A DNA stretch of 64,000 bases, taken from the NCBI GenBank assembly GCA_026395955.1, contig JAPLXR010000006.1, positions 87,259-151,258 of the forward strand, written 5' to 3'. Below are positions 27,390 through 37,667 of the stretch, piece by piece (within the stretch, counting starts at the first letter, position 1; every line of letters starts with the position of its first letter). The position numbers and the translations under genes are program-made. Origin of the DNA: Candidatus Nomurabacteria bacterium (GTDB taxonomy: Bacteria > Patescibacteriota > Minisyncoccia > Phycocordibacterales > UBA9973). The notes beneath the pieces are model-generated. The model had not been told where the DNA came from and made no database searches. It saw only the letters and a program-made list of their open reading frames with translations.

Positions 27390-27412
27390 ATAAATTTGCA
27401 GAATAAATAATT

Positions 27413-27661
27413 ATGATAAAACATATACACAAAACAGTTCATAGATTGAGACAAGAACCAATTCATGTTCGTGAGCAAATTGTTTACTGGGTTACGTTTA
27501 TGTGTGCAGTTATTTTATTTTTACTTTGGTCTGTTAGTTTAGGAAAAATGTTAACAAATAAAGATATTCAAACTTCTATCAAAAAAGATGTTCAACCATT
27601 TACAGTTTTGAAAGATAATTTGTCAGACGGATACAAGAGCATTAAAGCAAACAGTAATTAA
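27413..27661 (+). CDS. hypothetical single-TM protein
   Basis: ORF between the MBL gene and gyrA with one hydrophobic segment. Confidence 0.65.
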   Translation: MIKHIHKTVHRLRQEPIHVREQIVYWVTFMCAVILFLLWSVSLGKMLTNKDIQTSIKKDVQPFTVLKDNLSDGYKSIKANSN

Positions 27662-27681
27662 TATGATAAGATAAATAAATT

Positions 27682-30150
27682 ATGGCTAAAAAATTACCAC
27701 CAATTGAAACACCTGTGCGCACAAATATGGACGATGGAATTATTCCGATAAATATCGTTTCAGAAATGAAAGAATCATATCTCGCTTATGCGATGTCTGT
27801 TATTACTTCTCGTGCTCTTCCTGATGTGCGTGATGGATTGAAACCAGTTCATCGTCGTATTTTATTCGCGATGAATGAAATGGGGCTTACTTCTTCTTCA
27901 CGTTTTCGTAAATCAGCTGCAGTAGTCGGAGATGTACTTGGAAAATATCATCCACATGGCGATGCTTCTGTTTATGATGCTATGGTAAACATGGCCCAAG
28001 ACTTTTCTTATCGTTACCCTTTGATTATTGGTCAAGGAAACTTTGGTTCTATCGATGGAGATAATGCTGCTGCAATGCGTTATACCGAAGCTAAAATGGC
28101 AAAAGTTTCAAATGAATTACTTCGTGATTTAGAAAAAGAAACAGTTGATTTTAGATCAAACTATGACCAGACTCGAAAAGAGCCTGTAGTTTTTCCTTCT
28201 GCTGTACCTAGTCTTTTATTGAATGGAACTCTTGGTATTGCTGTTGGTATGGCGACAAATATTCCTTCACACAATCTCGCTGAAGTTGTAGATGCAACAG
28301 TACACCTCATAGATAACGAAGACGCAACTACAGAAGACCTGATGCAATTTGTTAAGGGTCCAGATTTTCCGACTGGTGGTCTCGTATATGGTCAAAAAGA
28401 CATGTTGCATGCCTATTCCACAGGACGTGGGGGTGTAGTAACTCGTGGTGAAGCTGAAATAGTTGAACAAAAAGGCGGACAATTCCAAATCATAATTACT
28501 TCTATTCCATTTCGTGTAAACAAGGCAAATTTGATAATGTCTATAGCTGAACTTGTACAAGAAAAAAAGATAGAAGGTATAAAAGGTCTTCGTGATGAAT
28601 CTACAAAAGATATTCGTATTGTTATAGATTTGAAAGCTGGAGCATATCCAGAAAAAGTATTGAATTATATTTACAAAAATACTCAGCTCGAACAAAATTT
28701 TAATTTCAACATGGTAGCCCTCGTAGATGGTGTACCACAAACCTTATCATTAAAATCAATTCTTTCAGAATTTATTGGCCACAGAAAAGAAGTGGTAAAA
28801 AGACGTTCACTTTATGAACTTCGTAAAGCAGAAGAACGTGAACATATTTTACTTGGTTTGAAAAAAGCTCTCGATTTTATTGATAAAGTTATCAAAACTA
28901 TTCGTGCATCAAAAGATGGAGCTACAGCAAAGCTCGCATTGATGAAAGAATTCAAATTCTCTGATCTTCAGGCTCAAGCTATTTTGGATATGAAATTGCA
29001 AAAGCTTGCAGGCCTCGAAAGAAAACTCATCGAAGAAGAACTGAAAGAGAAACAAGCTTTCATAAAAGCTATAAAAGAATTGCTCGCAAGTCCAAAGAAA
29101 ATGTTGAAAGTTGTTTCTGATGAACTCAAAGAAATTCGTGAGAAATATGCTGATGATCGTAGAACAAAAATAATAAAAGGTGGAGTGAAAGAAATTTCAG
29201 AAGATGATCTCGTTCCAGAAAAAGATACAATGCTCGTCTTTACTGCTGGCGGTTATGTAAAGCGTACTGACCCATCTGAATATCATTCACAAAAGCGTGG
29301 AGGTGTCGGTGTTGTAGACCTCGAAACAAAAGAAGAAGATTTCGTAACTATGCTTGTTTCGGGTTCTACACATAGTGATCTATTATTCTTCACAAATCTC
29401 GGAAAAGCATATCAAATAAAAATGTACGACATACCAGAAGGTCGCCGTGCTACAAAAGGAAAATCAATTATGAATTTCTTGTCTTTGGCAGGTGATGAAA
29501 AAGTAATGGCTATTTTACCAATGCCAAAAGAACTAAAGAAAAATCCTATTTCACTTATGCTTGTAACAAAAGTTGGTACTGCAAAGAAAATGGCTGGGGA
29601 AGCGTTCAAGGATGTTCGCCGTAGTGGACTTATTGCTATCAAACTCGACAAGGGCGATGAACTCGCTTCAGCACTTATTACAGAAAAGGGTGATGAAGTA
29701 ATGCTCGCAACTTCTGAAGGTCAATCAATCAGATTCAAAGAATCAGACATACGTGAAATGGGACGTACAGCAGGAGGTGTACGCGGAATGAAGCTCGATA
29801 AAGGGGATAGTATCATCGGTGTAGATGTTATAAAGAAAGAAAATAAAGACGGTTCATTCCTAGTAATGTCTGCAAATGGACTTGGCAAGAAAACATCACT
29901 CAAAGAATATAAAGTACAAAACCGTGGAGGATCTGGAATCAAAACTGCAAAAGTAACTCCAAAGACAGGTAAACTAATCGTTGCAAAAGTTATCACAGGT
30001 AATGAAGAAGAACTGATCGCTATGTCTAAAAAGGGACAAGTAATTCGTACAGCGCTAAAAGATATTCCATCTCTAGGCCGTCAAACACAAGGCGTAACAA
30101 TCATGCGTCTCCGTGCTGGAGATGGTATCGCATCTCTAACTTGTGCTTAA
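27682..30150 (+). CDS. gyrA: DNA gyrase subunit A
   Basis: [29 protein letters not shown], GyrA-box QKRGGVG, C-terminal blade repeats. Confidence 0.98.
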   Translation: MAKKLPPIETPVRTNMDDGIIPINIVSEMKESYLAYAMSVITSRALPDVRDGLKPVHRRILFAMNEMGLTSSSRFRKSAAVVGDVLGKYHPHGDASVYDAMVNMAQDFSYRYPLIIGQGNFGSIDGDNAAAMRYTEAKMAKVSNELLRDLEKETVDFRSNYDQTRKEPVVFPSAVPSLLLNGTLGIAVGMATNIPSHNLAEVVDATVHLIDNEDATTEDLMQFVKGPDFPTGGLVYGQKDMLHAYSTGRGGVVTRGEAEIVEQKGGQFQIIITSIPFRVNKANLIMSIAELVQEKKIEGIKGLRDESTKDIRIVIDLKAGAYPEKVLNYIYKNTQLEQNFNFNMVALVDGVPQTLSLKSILSEFIGHRKEVVKRRSLYELRKAEEREHILLGLKKALDFIDKVIKTIRASKDGATAKLALMKEFKFSDLQAQAILDMKLQKLAGLERKLIEEELKEKQAFIKAIKELLASPKKMLKVVSDELKEIREKYADDRRTKIIKGGVKEISEDDLVPEKDTMLVFTAGGYVKRTDPSEYHSQKRGGVGVVDLETKEEDFVTMLVSGSTHSDLLFFTNLGKAYQIKMYDIPEGRRATKGKSIMNFLSLAGDEKVMAILPMPKELKKNPISLMLVTKVGTAKKMAGEAFKDVRRSGLIAIKLDKGDELASALITEKGDEVMLATSEGQSIRFKESDIREMGRTAGGVRGMKLDKGDSIIGVDVIKKENKDGSFLVMSANGLGKKTSLKEYKVQNRGGSGIKTAKVTPKTGKLIVAKVITGNEEELIAMSKKGQVIRTALKDIPSLGRQTQGVTIMRLRAGDGIASLTCA

Positions 30151-30157
30151 TTTTTAA

Positions 30158-30643
30158 ATGCTTGAACAAGAATTTAAAAAATTAATAAAAGAAGATAAAT
30201 ATCAGGTTTTTGTTTTTGAATCAAAAGCACATTTTCCATTTTTCTTCGCAGCACATCCATGGTTTGTAATAAATAAAAAGGAAAACATTTCTCGTTATGA
30301 AGTTGTTTTTAAAAAAGATTGTTGTCCGAAAAAGAGTTTCGGTCATGTTCATGTCGACGCGTTACCACCACACAAAGGTATCAGAATTTTCCCTACTTCA
30401 TTTAAAAATTTATTTTGGAAATCAAGACTCATTGGATTTTTAGAAGGTGGTGCAAATTCTTCTGCAGAGAAGGCTGTTTATTTTATTGAAAATTCTAAAT
30501 ATACATATCCACATTTGAATAAATATGTTTTAACTGGTCCAAATAGTAATACATATTTACAATGGGTTTTGGATGCTTTTCCAGAATTAAATATAAAACT
30601 TAGTTATAGGTTTATTGGAAAAGGGTATAAAACTATTCTTTAA
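30158..30643 (+). CDS. DUF3750-like protein
   Basis: FAAHPWFV..RYEV and YP..Y...GPNSNTY motifs. Confidence 0.7.
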   Translation: MLEQEFKKLIKEDKYQVFVFESKAHFPFFFAAHPWFVINKKENISRYEVVFKKDCCPKKSFGHVHVDALPPHKGIRIFPTSFKNLFWKSRLIGFLEGGANSSAEKAVYFIENSKYTYPHLNKYVLTGPNSNTYLQWVLDAFPELNIKLSYRFIGKGYKTIL

Positions 30644-30667
30644 GATATAAAATGATATACTATATAT

Positions 30668-31192
30668 ATGTTTGTTGATCCAGTGAAAATTTTACAAAGT
30701 TTTGGTTTAGGAGACAGTATGATCGTCGCTGACCTCGGAGCAGGTTCAGGTTTTTATTCTATTGCTGCTGCAAAAATGGTTCCAAATGGAAAAGTCTATG
30801 TAGTAGAAGTTCAAAAAGATTATTTAACAACAGTAAAGACAAAAGCAGAGACAGACCATTTAAAAAACTTAGAATATTTTTGGGGTGATATTGAAAAAAT
30901 AGGTGGAACAAAAATAGGGGACAGAATTACTGACGTCGTGATAATTTCAAATGTTTTATTTATGGCTGAAAACAAGAAGAAATTATTAGAAGAAGCAAAA
31001 AGAATTTTGAAATATGAAGGTAGAGTTTTATTTATAGATTGGTCTGACACTTCTTCAGCTCTCGGACCACGTGCAGGTTCTGTTATTAATCCAGTTCAAG
31101 CAAAAGAGATGTTTACTACTGCTGGTTTTACTTATGAAAAAGACATACCTGCAGGTGAACACCATTATGGTATAATATTTAGAAAGAAATAA
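30668..31192 (+). CDS. class I SAM-dependent methyltransferase
   Basis: VADLGAGSGFY motif I, RILK..G. Confidence 0.9.
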   Translation: MFVDPVKILQSFGLGDSMIVADLGAGSGFYSIAAAKMVPNGKVYVVEVQKDYLTTVKTKAETDHLKNLEYFWGDIEKIGGTKIGDRITDVVIISNVLFMAENKKKLLEEAKRILKYEGRVLFIDWSDTSSALGPRAGSVINPVQAKEMFTTAGFTYEKDIPAGEHHYGIIFRKK

Positions 31193-31193
31193 A

Positions 31194-32486
31194 ATGAAAG
31201 GAAATAATTTTCAACTTATAATTCTCGTCGTGTTTATAGTAGCAGGGTTATTTGGTATTTTAGTTTTTGCTGGACTCATTCCAATAGGTCAGCCAGTTAA
31301 AACAGGACCTGTTGGTGTCGTTACTCTTTGGGGTACAGAAAAAACATCTTCTATTGGTAAGGCAATAACTATTTTTAATAATGCAAATTCAAATGTTTCT
31401 TTAAAATACGTACAAAAAAATCCAGCAACTTTTGATCAAGATTTACTCGAAGCATTAGCTACTGGAAGTGGTCCAGATTTATTTATTTTGTCAGATGATT
31501 TAATCATTCATTATAAAAATAAAATCTCAATTTTTCCGTACCCTTCATATCCTTTAGCTAATTTTAAAAATACTTTTTCTAGTGCTGGAGAAGTATATCT
31601 GACTCCAGATGGTGTTTTAGCTTTACCGATATCAGTGGATCCTTTAATAATGTATTACAATAGAGCTGTCTTGGATGCTAATAATATTGCTACTCCTCCA
31701 TCTTATTGGGATGATTTACAAAATATTGTTCCAAGTCTTACTAAAAAAGATTCATCAGGCAAATTAATAAGTAGTGCTGTTGCGTTGGGTCAATTTAGTA
31801 ATATTAATAATGCTAAAGACATTATCGCTACTCTTTTTATGCAGGCCGGTAGTTCTATCGCTGAAAATAAGGGCGGAGTTTTTTATTCAACCTTAGATAA
31901 GGTTGATAATAAAATAGACCCAGGATCGATTTTAAGTTTTTATACGCAGTTTACTGATCCATTAAATCAATTTTATTCATGGAATAGATCTTTACAAAAT
32001 TCTAGAGACGCTTTTTCTTCTCAAGCTCTAGATTTCTATTTCGGTTATGCTAGTGAATTACCTTATTTGACTAGTAAAAATCCAAATCTAAATTTTTATG
32101 TTGCTCCTATTCCACAAATAAAAAATTCTAATTTCAAAGTTACTTTTGGTAGAACTCAAGGTATAGCAGTATCATCAGCTTCAAAAAATAAAAATTCAGC
32201 TTTTATGGTTGCTTCACTTTTAGCTTCTGGTGATTTTGCTCAACAATTTTCTGATGCACTCTTAGTTGCTCCTGCGAGGCGTGATTTATTAGCAAAAAAA
32301 CCTACAGATGCTTATAATCCTATATTCTATAGTTCTGCTTTGTATTCAAAGAGTTGGCCAGATCCATCTTCAGAAAAAACAGATGCTATTTTTAGTGGAA
32401 TGATAGACAATGCTTTATCAAATAATTTAACTCCAAAAGGAGCTGTTTTAGATGCTTCATCTAAATTAGACTTTATTTTAAAATAA
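31194..32486 (+). CDS. membrane-anchored extracellular solute-binding protein (sugar-ABC SBP-like fold)
   Basis: N-terminal TM; ALATGSGPDL, LP..VDPLIMYYN, PP.YWDDL. Confidence 0.85.
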   Translation: MKGNNFQLIILVVFIVAGLFGILVFAGLIPIGQPVKTGPVGVVTLWGTEKTSSIGKAITIFNNANSNVSLKYVQKNPATFDQDLLEALATGSGPDLFILSDDLIIHYKNKISIFPYPSYPLANFKNTFSSAGEVYLTPDGVLALPISVDPLIMYYNRAVLDANNIATPPSYWDDLQNIVPSLTKKDSSGKLISSAVALGQFSNINNAKDIIATLFMQAGSSIAENKGGVFYSTLDKVDNKIDPGSILSFYTQFTDPLNQFYSWNRSLQNSRDAFSSQALDFYFGYASELPYLTSKNPNLNFYVAPIPQIKNSNFKVTFGRTQGIAVSSASKNKNSAFMVASLLASGDFAQQFSDALLVAPARRDLLAKKPTDAYNPIFYSSALYSKSWPDPSSEKTDAIFSGMIDNALSNNLTPKGAVLDASSKLDFILK

Positions 32487-32492
32487 AAATTT

Positions 32493-34088
32493 ATGAAAAT
32501 ATTTAAACAAAACTTTTTAATGAAAATAGCTCTAGTAGTATTTTTGTTTTTGATATCTTTTGGATTTTCAAAAAATGTTTTTGCTGCTACATTAGTAGCT
32601 ACTAATATAACACCAACCTCTGTTGCTGTTGGCGGTGGAGGATTTACTCCTGGTGTTTCTTATCAGATTACTATATCTGATACATTAGGTATAGTTAATC
32701 ATACATTCGTTACTGCTTGTTCAACTCTTTCTACTTCCTGTACTACCTTGGGTACTTTTGGGGTTAGTTTTACTAACTTGACTCAACATCATAATTATGA
32801 TTTAATGGCAACTCTTCAGTCAAATGGAACTCCCGTTGGAAGTCTTATTAGTTTTACTACAGCGACAGCTCCAACAACTGTAACCCTAACAGCAACACCT
32901 TCGACTCTTGCATCAGGACAATCAACAACATTATCTTGGACAGCGACAAATGTTACCGGTAGTTGTATCGCTGCTAGTAATCCAAATATTATAGCTGTGT
33001 GGGATAATCCACATAAAGCACTTTCCGGGACACAATTAGTTTCAGTTGTAGCTTCTAATAATTTTTCTCTTTCTTGTACTGATGCGTCAGGTAATTTTGC
33101 AGGACAAGCAAATGCTTTTGTTACTGTAACAGGAGCAGGTTCTGGTGCTACTGCTGCTCCTATTGGTACACCTCCACCTGGTACTTTTCCATCAACTACG
33201 CCTGTAACACTTTCTAGCTCTACTAGTGGTGCAACAATTAGATATGTTATAGATGCTTCTACTCCTACATGTACCTTAGGTTCTACTACGAATCCTATGA
33301 GTGTTAGTACTACAACAACAATAAAAGCTATTGCTTGCGATCCCCATGGAGTTGCTTCTACTATTTCTTCTTTAACTTATACAATTAATTCCTCTAGTGG
33401 GGGAACACCACCACCTCCTACTGGTGGTCCTACTACAAATGGATCTATGGTAGCTAATGATCCTACTTCAACTATGGTTACATTAGATGCGACAGGTCTT
33501 TCTAATACAGGAAGCTATCTTTTTGCTGTTTACAATAATACTGGAACACCATCATATTATCAAACGAGAATTCCTGCAACAACAGATGGAACTGACGGAG
33601 AATCACCCTTCCCAGGTTTATCTCCTAGTGGTTCATATACTGCTTATTTAATAGATCAAAATACCTCTAATAATGCTGTTCCTTCTATTACATTTTCAAC
33701 TTTAGCTACAGACCCCCTTATAATAGGTGCTGGATCCGGTAGTGGTGTAGCTTCTACTACACCTGCGTCAAATCTATCAAACCCAGCTGGTGGTTTAGTT
33801 CCAGCATGTACTAATGCAAGAGGTTGTCAGTGGGCAGATTTAATGTCTTTGGTAAATAAAGTTGTTAAATTTATTCTTTTTGATCTAGGAATTCCTATAG
33901 CAGCTATTATGTTTATGTATGCTGGTTTTTTGCTTGTTACATCTGGTGGAAATCCTGGAGATCTTACAAAAGCAAAAGGTATATTTACTTCTGTTCTGAT
34001 AGGTCTTGTTATTTCAGCTGCCGCTTGGCTTATTATAAATATAATACTGACTACTTTAGGTTTTGTTGGTGATAGACTTGGGTTTTAA
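32493..34088 (+). CDS. large secreted Ser/Thr-rich protein with Fn3/Ig-like and chitobiase-C-like domains fused to a C-terminal TrbC/VirB2-like pilin
   Basis: Signal peptide; PPPGTF..VTLSS..GATIRY..D..P; C-terminal LVPAC..C....YAGF..VTSGGNP...KAK..IG pilin hairpin. Confidence 0.8.
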   Translation: MKIFKQNFLMKIALVVFLFLISFGFSKNVFAATLVATNITPTSVAVGGGGFTPGVSYQITISDTLGIVNHTFVTACSTLSTSCTTLGTFGVSFTNLTQHHNYDLMATLQSNGTPVGSLISFTTATAPTTVTLTATPSTLASGQSTTLSWTATNVTGSCIAASNPNIIAVWDNPHKALSGTQLVSVVASNNFSLSCTDASGNFAGQANAFVTVTGAGSGATAAPIGTPPPGTFPSTTPVTLSSSTSGATIRYVIDASTPTCTLGSTTNPMSVSTTTTIKAIACDPHGVASTISSLTYTINSSSGGTPPPPTGGPTTNGSMVANDPTSTMVTLDATGLSNTGSYLFAVYNNTGTPSYYQTRIPATTDGTDGESPFPGLSPSGSYTAYLIDQNTSNNAVPSITFSTLATDPLIIGAGSGSGVASTTPASNLSNPAGGLVPACTNARGCQWADLMSLVNKVVKFILFDLGIPIAAIMFMYAGFLLVTSGGNPGDLTKAKGIFTSVLIGLVISAAAWLIINIILTTLGFVGDRLGF

Positions 34089-34111
34089 TTGACCTGTGAT
34101 ATAATTACTTT

Positions 34112-34480
34112 ATGAAAATAAATAATCTTTTTCAAAGAAATATATATAAGATATCTTTAGCTACTTATGTTTTGTTGTATCCAACTATTTCTTTTGCTGT
34201 TACTTATACTTGTAATCCTGGTGAAATTTGTAACCCTATCAGTGCTAGTACTCTAAATGAATTTATAAAAGCAATATTAGAAGGTGCTATAAAGATAGGT
34301 ATACCTATAATTGCCTTGGCAATTATTTATAGTGGTTTTCTTTTCGTAAAAGCACAAGGTAATGAAAAAGAACTTGAAACAGCTAAAAAGGCGATATTAT
34401 ATACATTGATCGGTGCAGCATTATTATTGGGTGCTTGGGCTTTAGCACAGCTTGTATCAGAGACAGTTTTAGCTTTATAA
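34112..34480 (+). CDS. TrbC/VirB2-like pilin
   Basis: Signal peptide, CNP, IIYSGFLFVKAQGN..ELETAKK..LIGA. Confidence 0.85.
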   Translation: MKINNLFQRNIYKISLATYVLLYPTISFAVTYTCNPGEICNPISASTLNEFIKAILEGAIKIGIPIIALAIIYSGFLFVKAQGNEKELETAKKAILYTLIGAALLLGAWALAQLVSETVLAL

Positions 34481-34484
34481 TAAA

Positions 34485-34814
34485 ATGAACAAAAATTTAA
34501 AAAATTTATTTGCAGCTTGTGTACTTACACCACCTAATACTTTTAAAAGTTTTGTAGAATTTATTTCTTGTAATATAAATAAATCTATAATTCCTTTTAT
34601 TATGGCTTTATCTTTTGCTGTATTTTTTTGGGGAATTGTTCAGTACTTATTGGGAGCAAACGAAGAAACAAAAAGAACTAAAGGGCGAGAGTTCATGATT
34701 TGGGGTATTGTTGGTTTGGCTGTTATGATATCTATCTGGGGTTTTGTGGCTGTTTTAGGAAACACTTTCGGTGTTCAGAATGTTATTCCTCAAGTTCAAA
34801 ATACTTCAATATAA
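34485..34814 (+). CDS. TrbC/VirB2-like pilin
   Basis: FFWGIVQY...EE.KR..GR.FMIWGIVGLAVMISIWG. Confidence 0.85.
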   Translation: MNKNLKNLFAACVLTPPNTFKSFVEFISCNINKSIIPFIMALSFAVFFWGIVQYLLGANEETKRTKGREFMIWGIVGLAVMISIWGFVAVLGNTFGVQNVIPQVQNTSI

Positions 34815-34815
34815 T

Positions 34816-35148
34816 ATGAAAAATTTTAATTATAAAAATTTACTTGCTGTATGTCCGTTAGCTTCAAGTCCAAAAATAGGTGATATTTTTGACTTTAGTA
34901 CCTGTTTGATTTCTAGAGGCATTTTCCCTATATTGTTTGCTTCAGCTCTCGCTGTATTTACTTGGGGTGCTGTTCAATATGCATTAAATGCTCAAGACGA
35001 AAAGAAAAGAGAAGAAGGTAGAAAGTTTATAGTTTGGGGATTAATAGCTTTTACGGTCATGATTTCTGTTTTAGGGTTAATAACCATAATAACCAATAGT
35101 TTTAGTATAGGGCACGCTAATCCCACTATTCAGTCTGTTACCCAGTAG
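34816..35148 (+). CDS. TrbC/VirB2-like pilin
   Basis: FTWGAVQY...DEKKREEGRKFIVWGLI; start set to ATG 34816. Confidence 0.85.
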   Translation: MKNFNYKNLLAVCPLASSPKIGDIFDFSTCLISRGIFPILFASALAVFTWGAVQYALNAQDEKKREEGRKFIVWGLIAFTVMISVLGLITIITNSFSIGHANPTIQSVTQ

Positions 35149-35263
35149 CATTTGTTTTTCTATTTATGGTATAATTAAAGTAACCTAATCATTTAGGATA
35201 TTATTATTAAGAAGGTCGTTTTGTTTATTAATTATTATTAACTCGATTAATCGAGAAAAAAAT

Positions 35264-35665
35264 ATGAAGAAAAAATTAATTAGTTCAGCTAGTTTGGTCG
35301 CATTGTCAGCATTAGTTCCTTTTATTGCTTCTGCTGCTCAAAATTGTCTTGTACCTACAGGTGGCACAGATATCCCTTACATGATTTGTAGGGTAAGTAA
35401 TATTATCAACTCACTCGTGCCTCTATTTATCGCATTAGGAGTTGTTTACTTTATTTGGGGTGTTATTTCTTATGCTATTTCAAAAGAAGAAGAAGCAAAG
35501 AAAGAAGGAAAGGCAAGAATCATTTATGGTCTTATCGCCCTCCTAGTTATCGTTTCTATCTGGGGACTTGTTTCTATTCTACAAAGTTCATTCGGAATAA
35601 GTTCTGCTGGTAATACTGACACAGTATTCGTTCCTTGTATTAACTCAGATGGTACAGTTTGTTAA
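35264..35665 (+). CDS. TrbC/VirB2-like pilin
   Basis: Signal peptide; FIWGVISY..EEE.KKEGK..IIYGLI..SIWG. Confidence 0.85.
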   Translation: MKKKLISSASLVALSALVPFIASAAQNCLVPTGGTDIPYMICRVSNIINSLVPLFIALGVVYFIWGVISYAISKEEEAKKEGKARIIYGLIALLVIVSIWGLVSILQSSFGISSAGNTDTVFVPCINSDGTVC

Positions 35666-35684
35666 TTTTAGTTAATACTTTATT

Positions 35685-36038
35685 ATGTCTTTAATTAATG
35701 TAGCTTATGCTGGTGAAAGTTTAGATCAATTCATAAAGAATGTTGATAAACTTATCATTAATCCATTAATAATATTACTTTTTGGCCTAGCTACAGCTTA
35801 TTTCTTTTGGGGAGTATTTAAACTTATTTCAAATACCGACAATGAAAAAGCTCGTAGTGATGGTAAAAAACATATGTTATTTGGGATTGTTGGTATCACC
35901 ATTATGTTGGCGGTGTGGACTATTTTAGGAATTATTACTAATACCTTAAATATAAGTAGTGGTGAAATAAATCCACAACAGGGTACAGTACATCTAAATG
36001 ATTATACTCCTTCTACACCATCCGGATTTCTGCATTAA
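35685..36038 (+). CDS. TrbC/VirB2-like pilin
   Basis: IINP, FFWGV...EKAR..GKKHMLFGIVG..VW. Confidence 0.85.
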   Translation: MSLINVAYAGESLDQFIKNVDKLIINPLIILLFGLATAYFFWGVFKLISNTDNEKARSDGKKHMLFGIVGITIMLAVWTILGIITNTLNISSGEINPQQGTVHLNDYTPSTPSGFLH

Positions 36039-36066
36039 GATATTTAATTAAAATTACATAAATTAA

Positions 36067-36099
36067 AAAAACTCCTTCGCATTTTGCGAGGGAGTTTTT
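36067..36099. terminator. bidirectional terminator after the pilin array
   Basis: AAAAACTCCTTCGC-atttt-GCGAGGGAGTTTTT. Confidence 0.75.
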
Positions 36100-36135
36100 G
36101 TTTTTTAACTGTGGTTTGGCTAGAACCTTATTTGC

Positions 36136-36531
36136 CTAGTCGATTGTATCGACTTTGTGTCCACCTCTAGATACGAATGTATATGTATCTGTAGGTTGAT
36201 AACCAGCATGTACTACTTTATTTGGTCCATCGTGAGATATGCAAACTCCACTTGAGTTGTATATATCATAATCTCCATCGATAGGGTAAGCAGTCCAACC
36301 TTCTTTTAAGAAGATCTGTGTTCCAGAAGATGTTATTGTCCAACTTCTTCTTTGTTTGCCGATATTTACTACTGTCTGTTGTGCAACGTTACTCGATGTT
36401 TGAGTATTGTTGTTTTGTGTACTGTTTGATTGTTGATTGGAAGTACTCTCAGAACCTGAGAAGTACAACCAACCAAATAGAGCTACTGCTATTACTATAA
36501 CAATAGTACCAATTACCTGTTTTGCATCCAT
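36136..36531 (-). CDS. hypothetical membrane-anchored protein
   Basis: N-terminal TM, S/N/Q linker, small globular domain. Confidence 0.65.
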   Translation of the reverse strand: MDAKQVIGTIVIVIAVALFGWLYFSGSESTSNQQSNSTQNNNTQTSSNVAQQTVVNIGKQRRSWTITSSGTQIFLKEGWTAYPIDGDYDIYNSSGVCISHDGPNKVVHAGYQPTDTYTFVSRGGHKVDTID

Positions 36532-36557
36532 TTAAATAAGTTTTTAAGTTTATATTT

Positions 36558-37517
36558 TTACTTTTTTCCAGCTCCTGCACCAAAACTACCTCCTGTGCCA
36601 ATAAATGTATGCATTCCTTCTGGTGCACCTGTAAATTTAAAATTAGAAGTCTGTTCATTTTCAGTGTACTCCTGATTTGGATCTTGAAGTTTTGCAACTT
36701 TAGTCGCTTCTTCAATGGACATACCAGTTTTTTTCATGATTATTTTAACTGCTTCTGCAAAGGCTTCTGCTCTTGTTTTTGGTAACTTAATTTTCTTTGA
36801 TTCTGAACTCAAGCTACTGTCTTTAAGAGTAAACTTTATTCCAACTCCATTTGCTTCTTGGAATTCGTTTAAAATTTTTAAACCAGTACTATTTGGTCCA
36901 AAGAAAACTCCTTTAATAACAGCTTCTTCGTCTACCAAATGTGATGATGGATGTTTACTGTAATATGTAGAAAATACACCTTCTATCATATCAGAAAATA
37001 ATTCAACCATTTTTTCTTGGCTTTCAAATTTTTTAGATTTGATTACATTTTCAGTTACTTCATCTGCTGTGCCTTCTGTATCTATCCACATTGTTCCTGA
37101 AAATTGTGCATTCATTTCAATATTACTATCATTAGTTGTTAGTGGAATGTTTGCACTTAAAGGCATTACAGTTTTTAAGCTGTCAAAAATTTTTTGACTC
37201 TTTGAAGTTTCTACTGTTTCGATACCGAGAAAATGAAATCCAGCGAAAAGTACGCGTCTTCTTTTTGTGAATGTATTGAATGTAACTGTGTACTTCCAGT
37301 CTTTAACAGTTTCTGCAAGTACTCCAGTAAATATCAATACTCCATAAGCAACCCCAGTTATTCCAAACAAAACAAGCTTAACTTTTAACAGGATAATAAG
37401 TAAAACCCAGATGATAACATGTAATGCTATTACGCTTAATGGGGTAATTGTTTTTGGGACATCAGTTGTCCTTTTTTTGTTAGAGACAGTAGTCCCCAAA
37501 ATTTCTAATTGTGCCAT
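36558..37517 (-). CDS. hypothetical membrane protein, possibly a divergent SPFH/band-7 protein
   Basis: Two N-terminal TMs then V..W.Y.V.FN.F....RVL.AGFHF; family call tentative. Confidence 0.55.
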   Translation of the reverse strand: MAQLEILGTTVSNKKRTTDVPKTITPLSVIALHVIIWVLLIILLKVKLVLFGITGVAYGVLIFTGVLAETVKDWKYTVTFNTFTKRRRVLFAGFHFLGIETVETSKSQKIFDSLKTVMPLSANIPLTTNDSNIEMNAQFSGTMWIDTEGTADEVTENVIKSKKFESQEKMVELFSDMIEGVFSTYYSKHPSSHLVDEEAVIKGVFFGPNSTGLKILNEFQEANGVGIKFTLKDSSLSSESKKIKLPKTRAEAFAEAVKIIMKKTGMSIEEATKVAKLQDPNQEYTENEQTSNFKFTGAPEGMHTFIGTGGSFGAGAGKK

Positions 37518-37619
37518 TTTTTTTATGAATTAAATTGTTTTTAATTATTTTTTAAAATACATTTCTATACTTATAGTATATCATATGCAACATAAAAAGT
37601 CAAGCCATTTAAACCAAAA

Positions 37620-37659
37620 CCCCCTCTCCTTAATAAGGAGAGGGGGCAAGGGGGTGAGG
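37620..37659 (-). repeat. solo REP-like element E (same family as B)
   Basis: CCCCCTCTCCTT-aat-AAGGAGAGGGGGCAAGGGGGTGAGG. Confidence 0.85.
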
Positions 37660-37667
37660 TGGTTTTT

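Noticed and set aside
27940-27985. GyrA with Ala at the Ser83-equivalent position as acquired quinolone resistance
   Set aside because: Natural variant in several lineages; no sign of selection.
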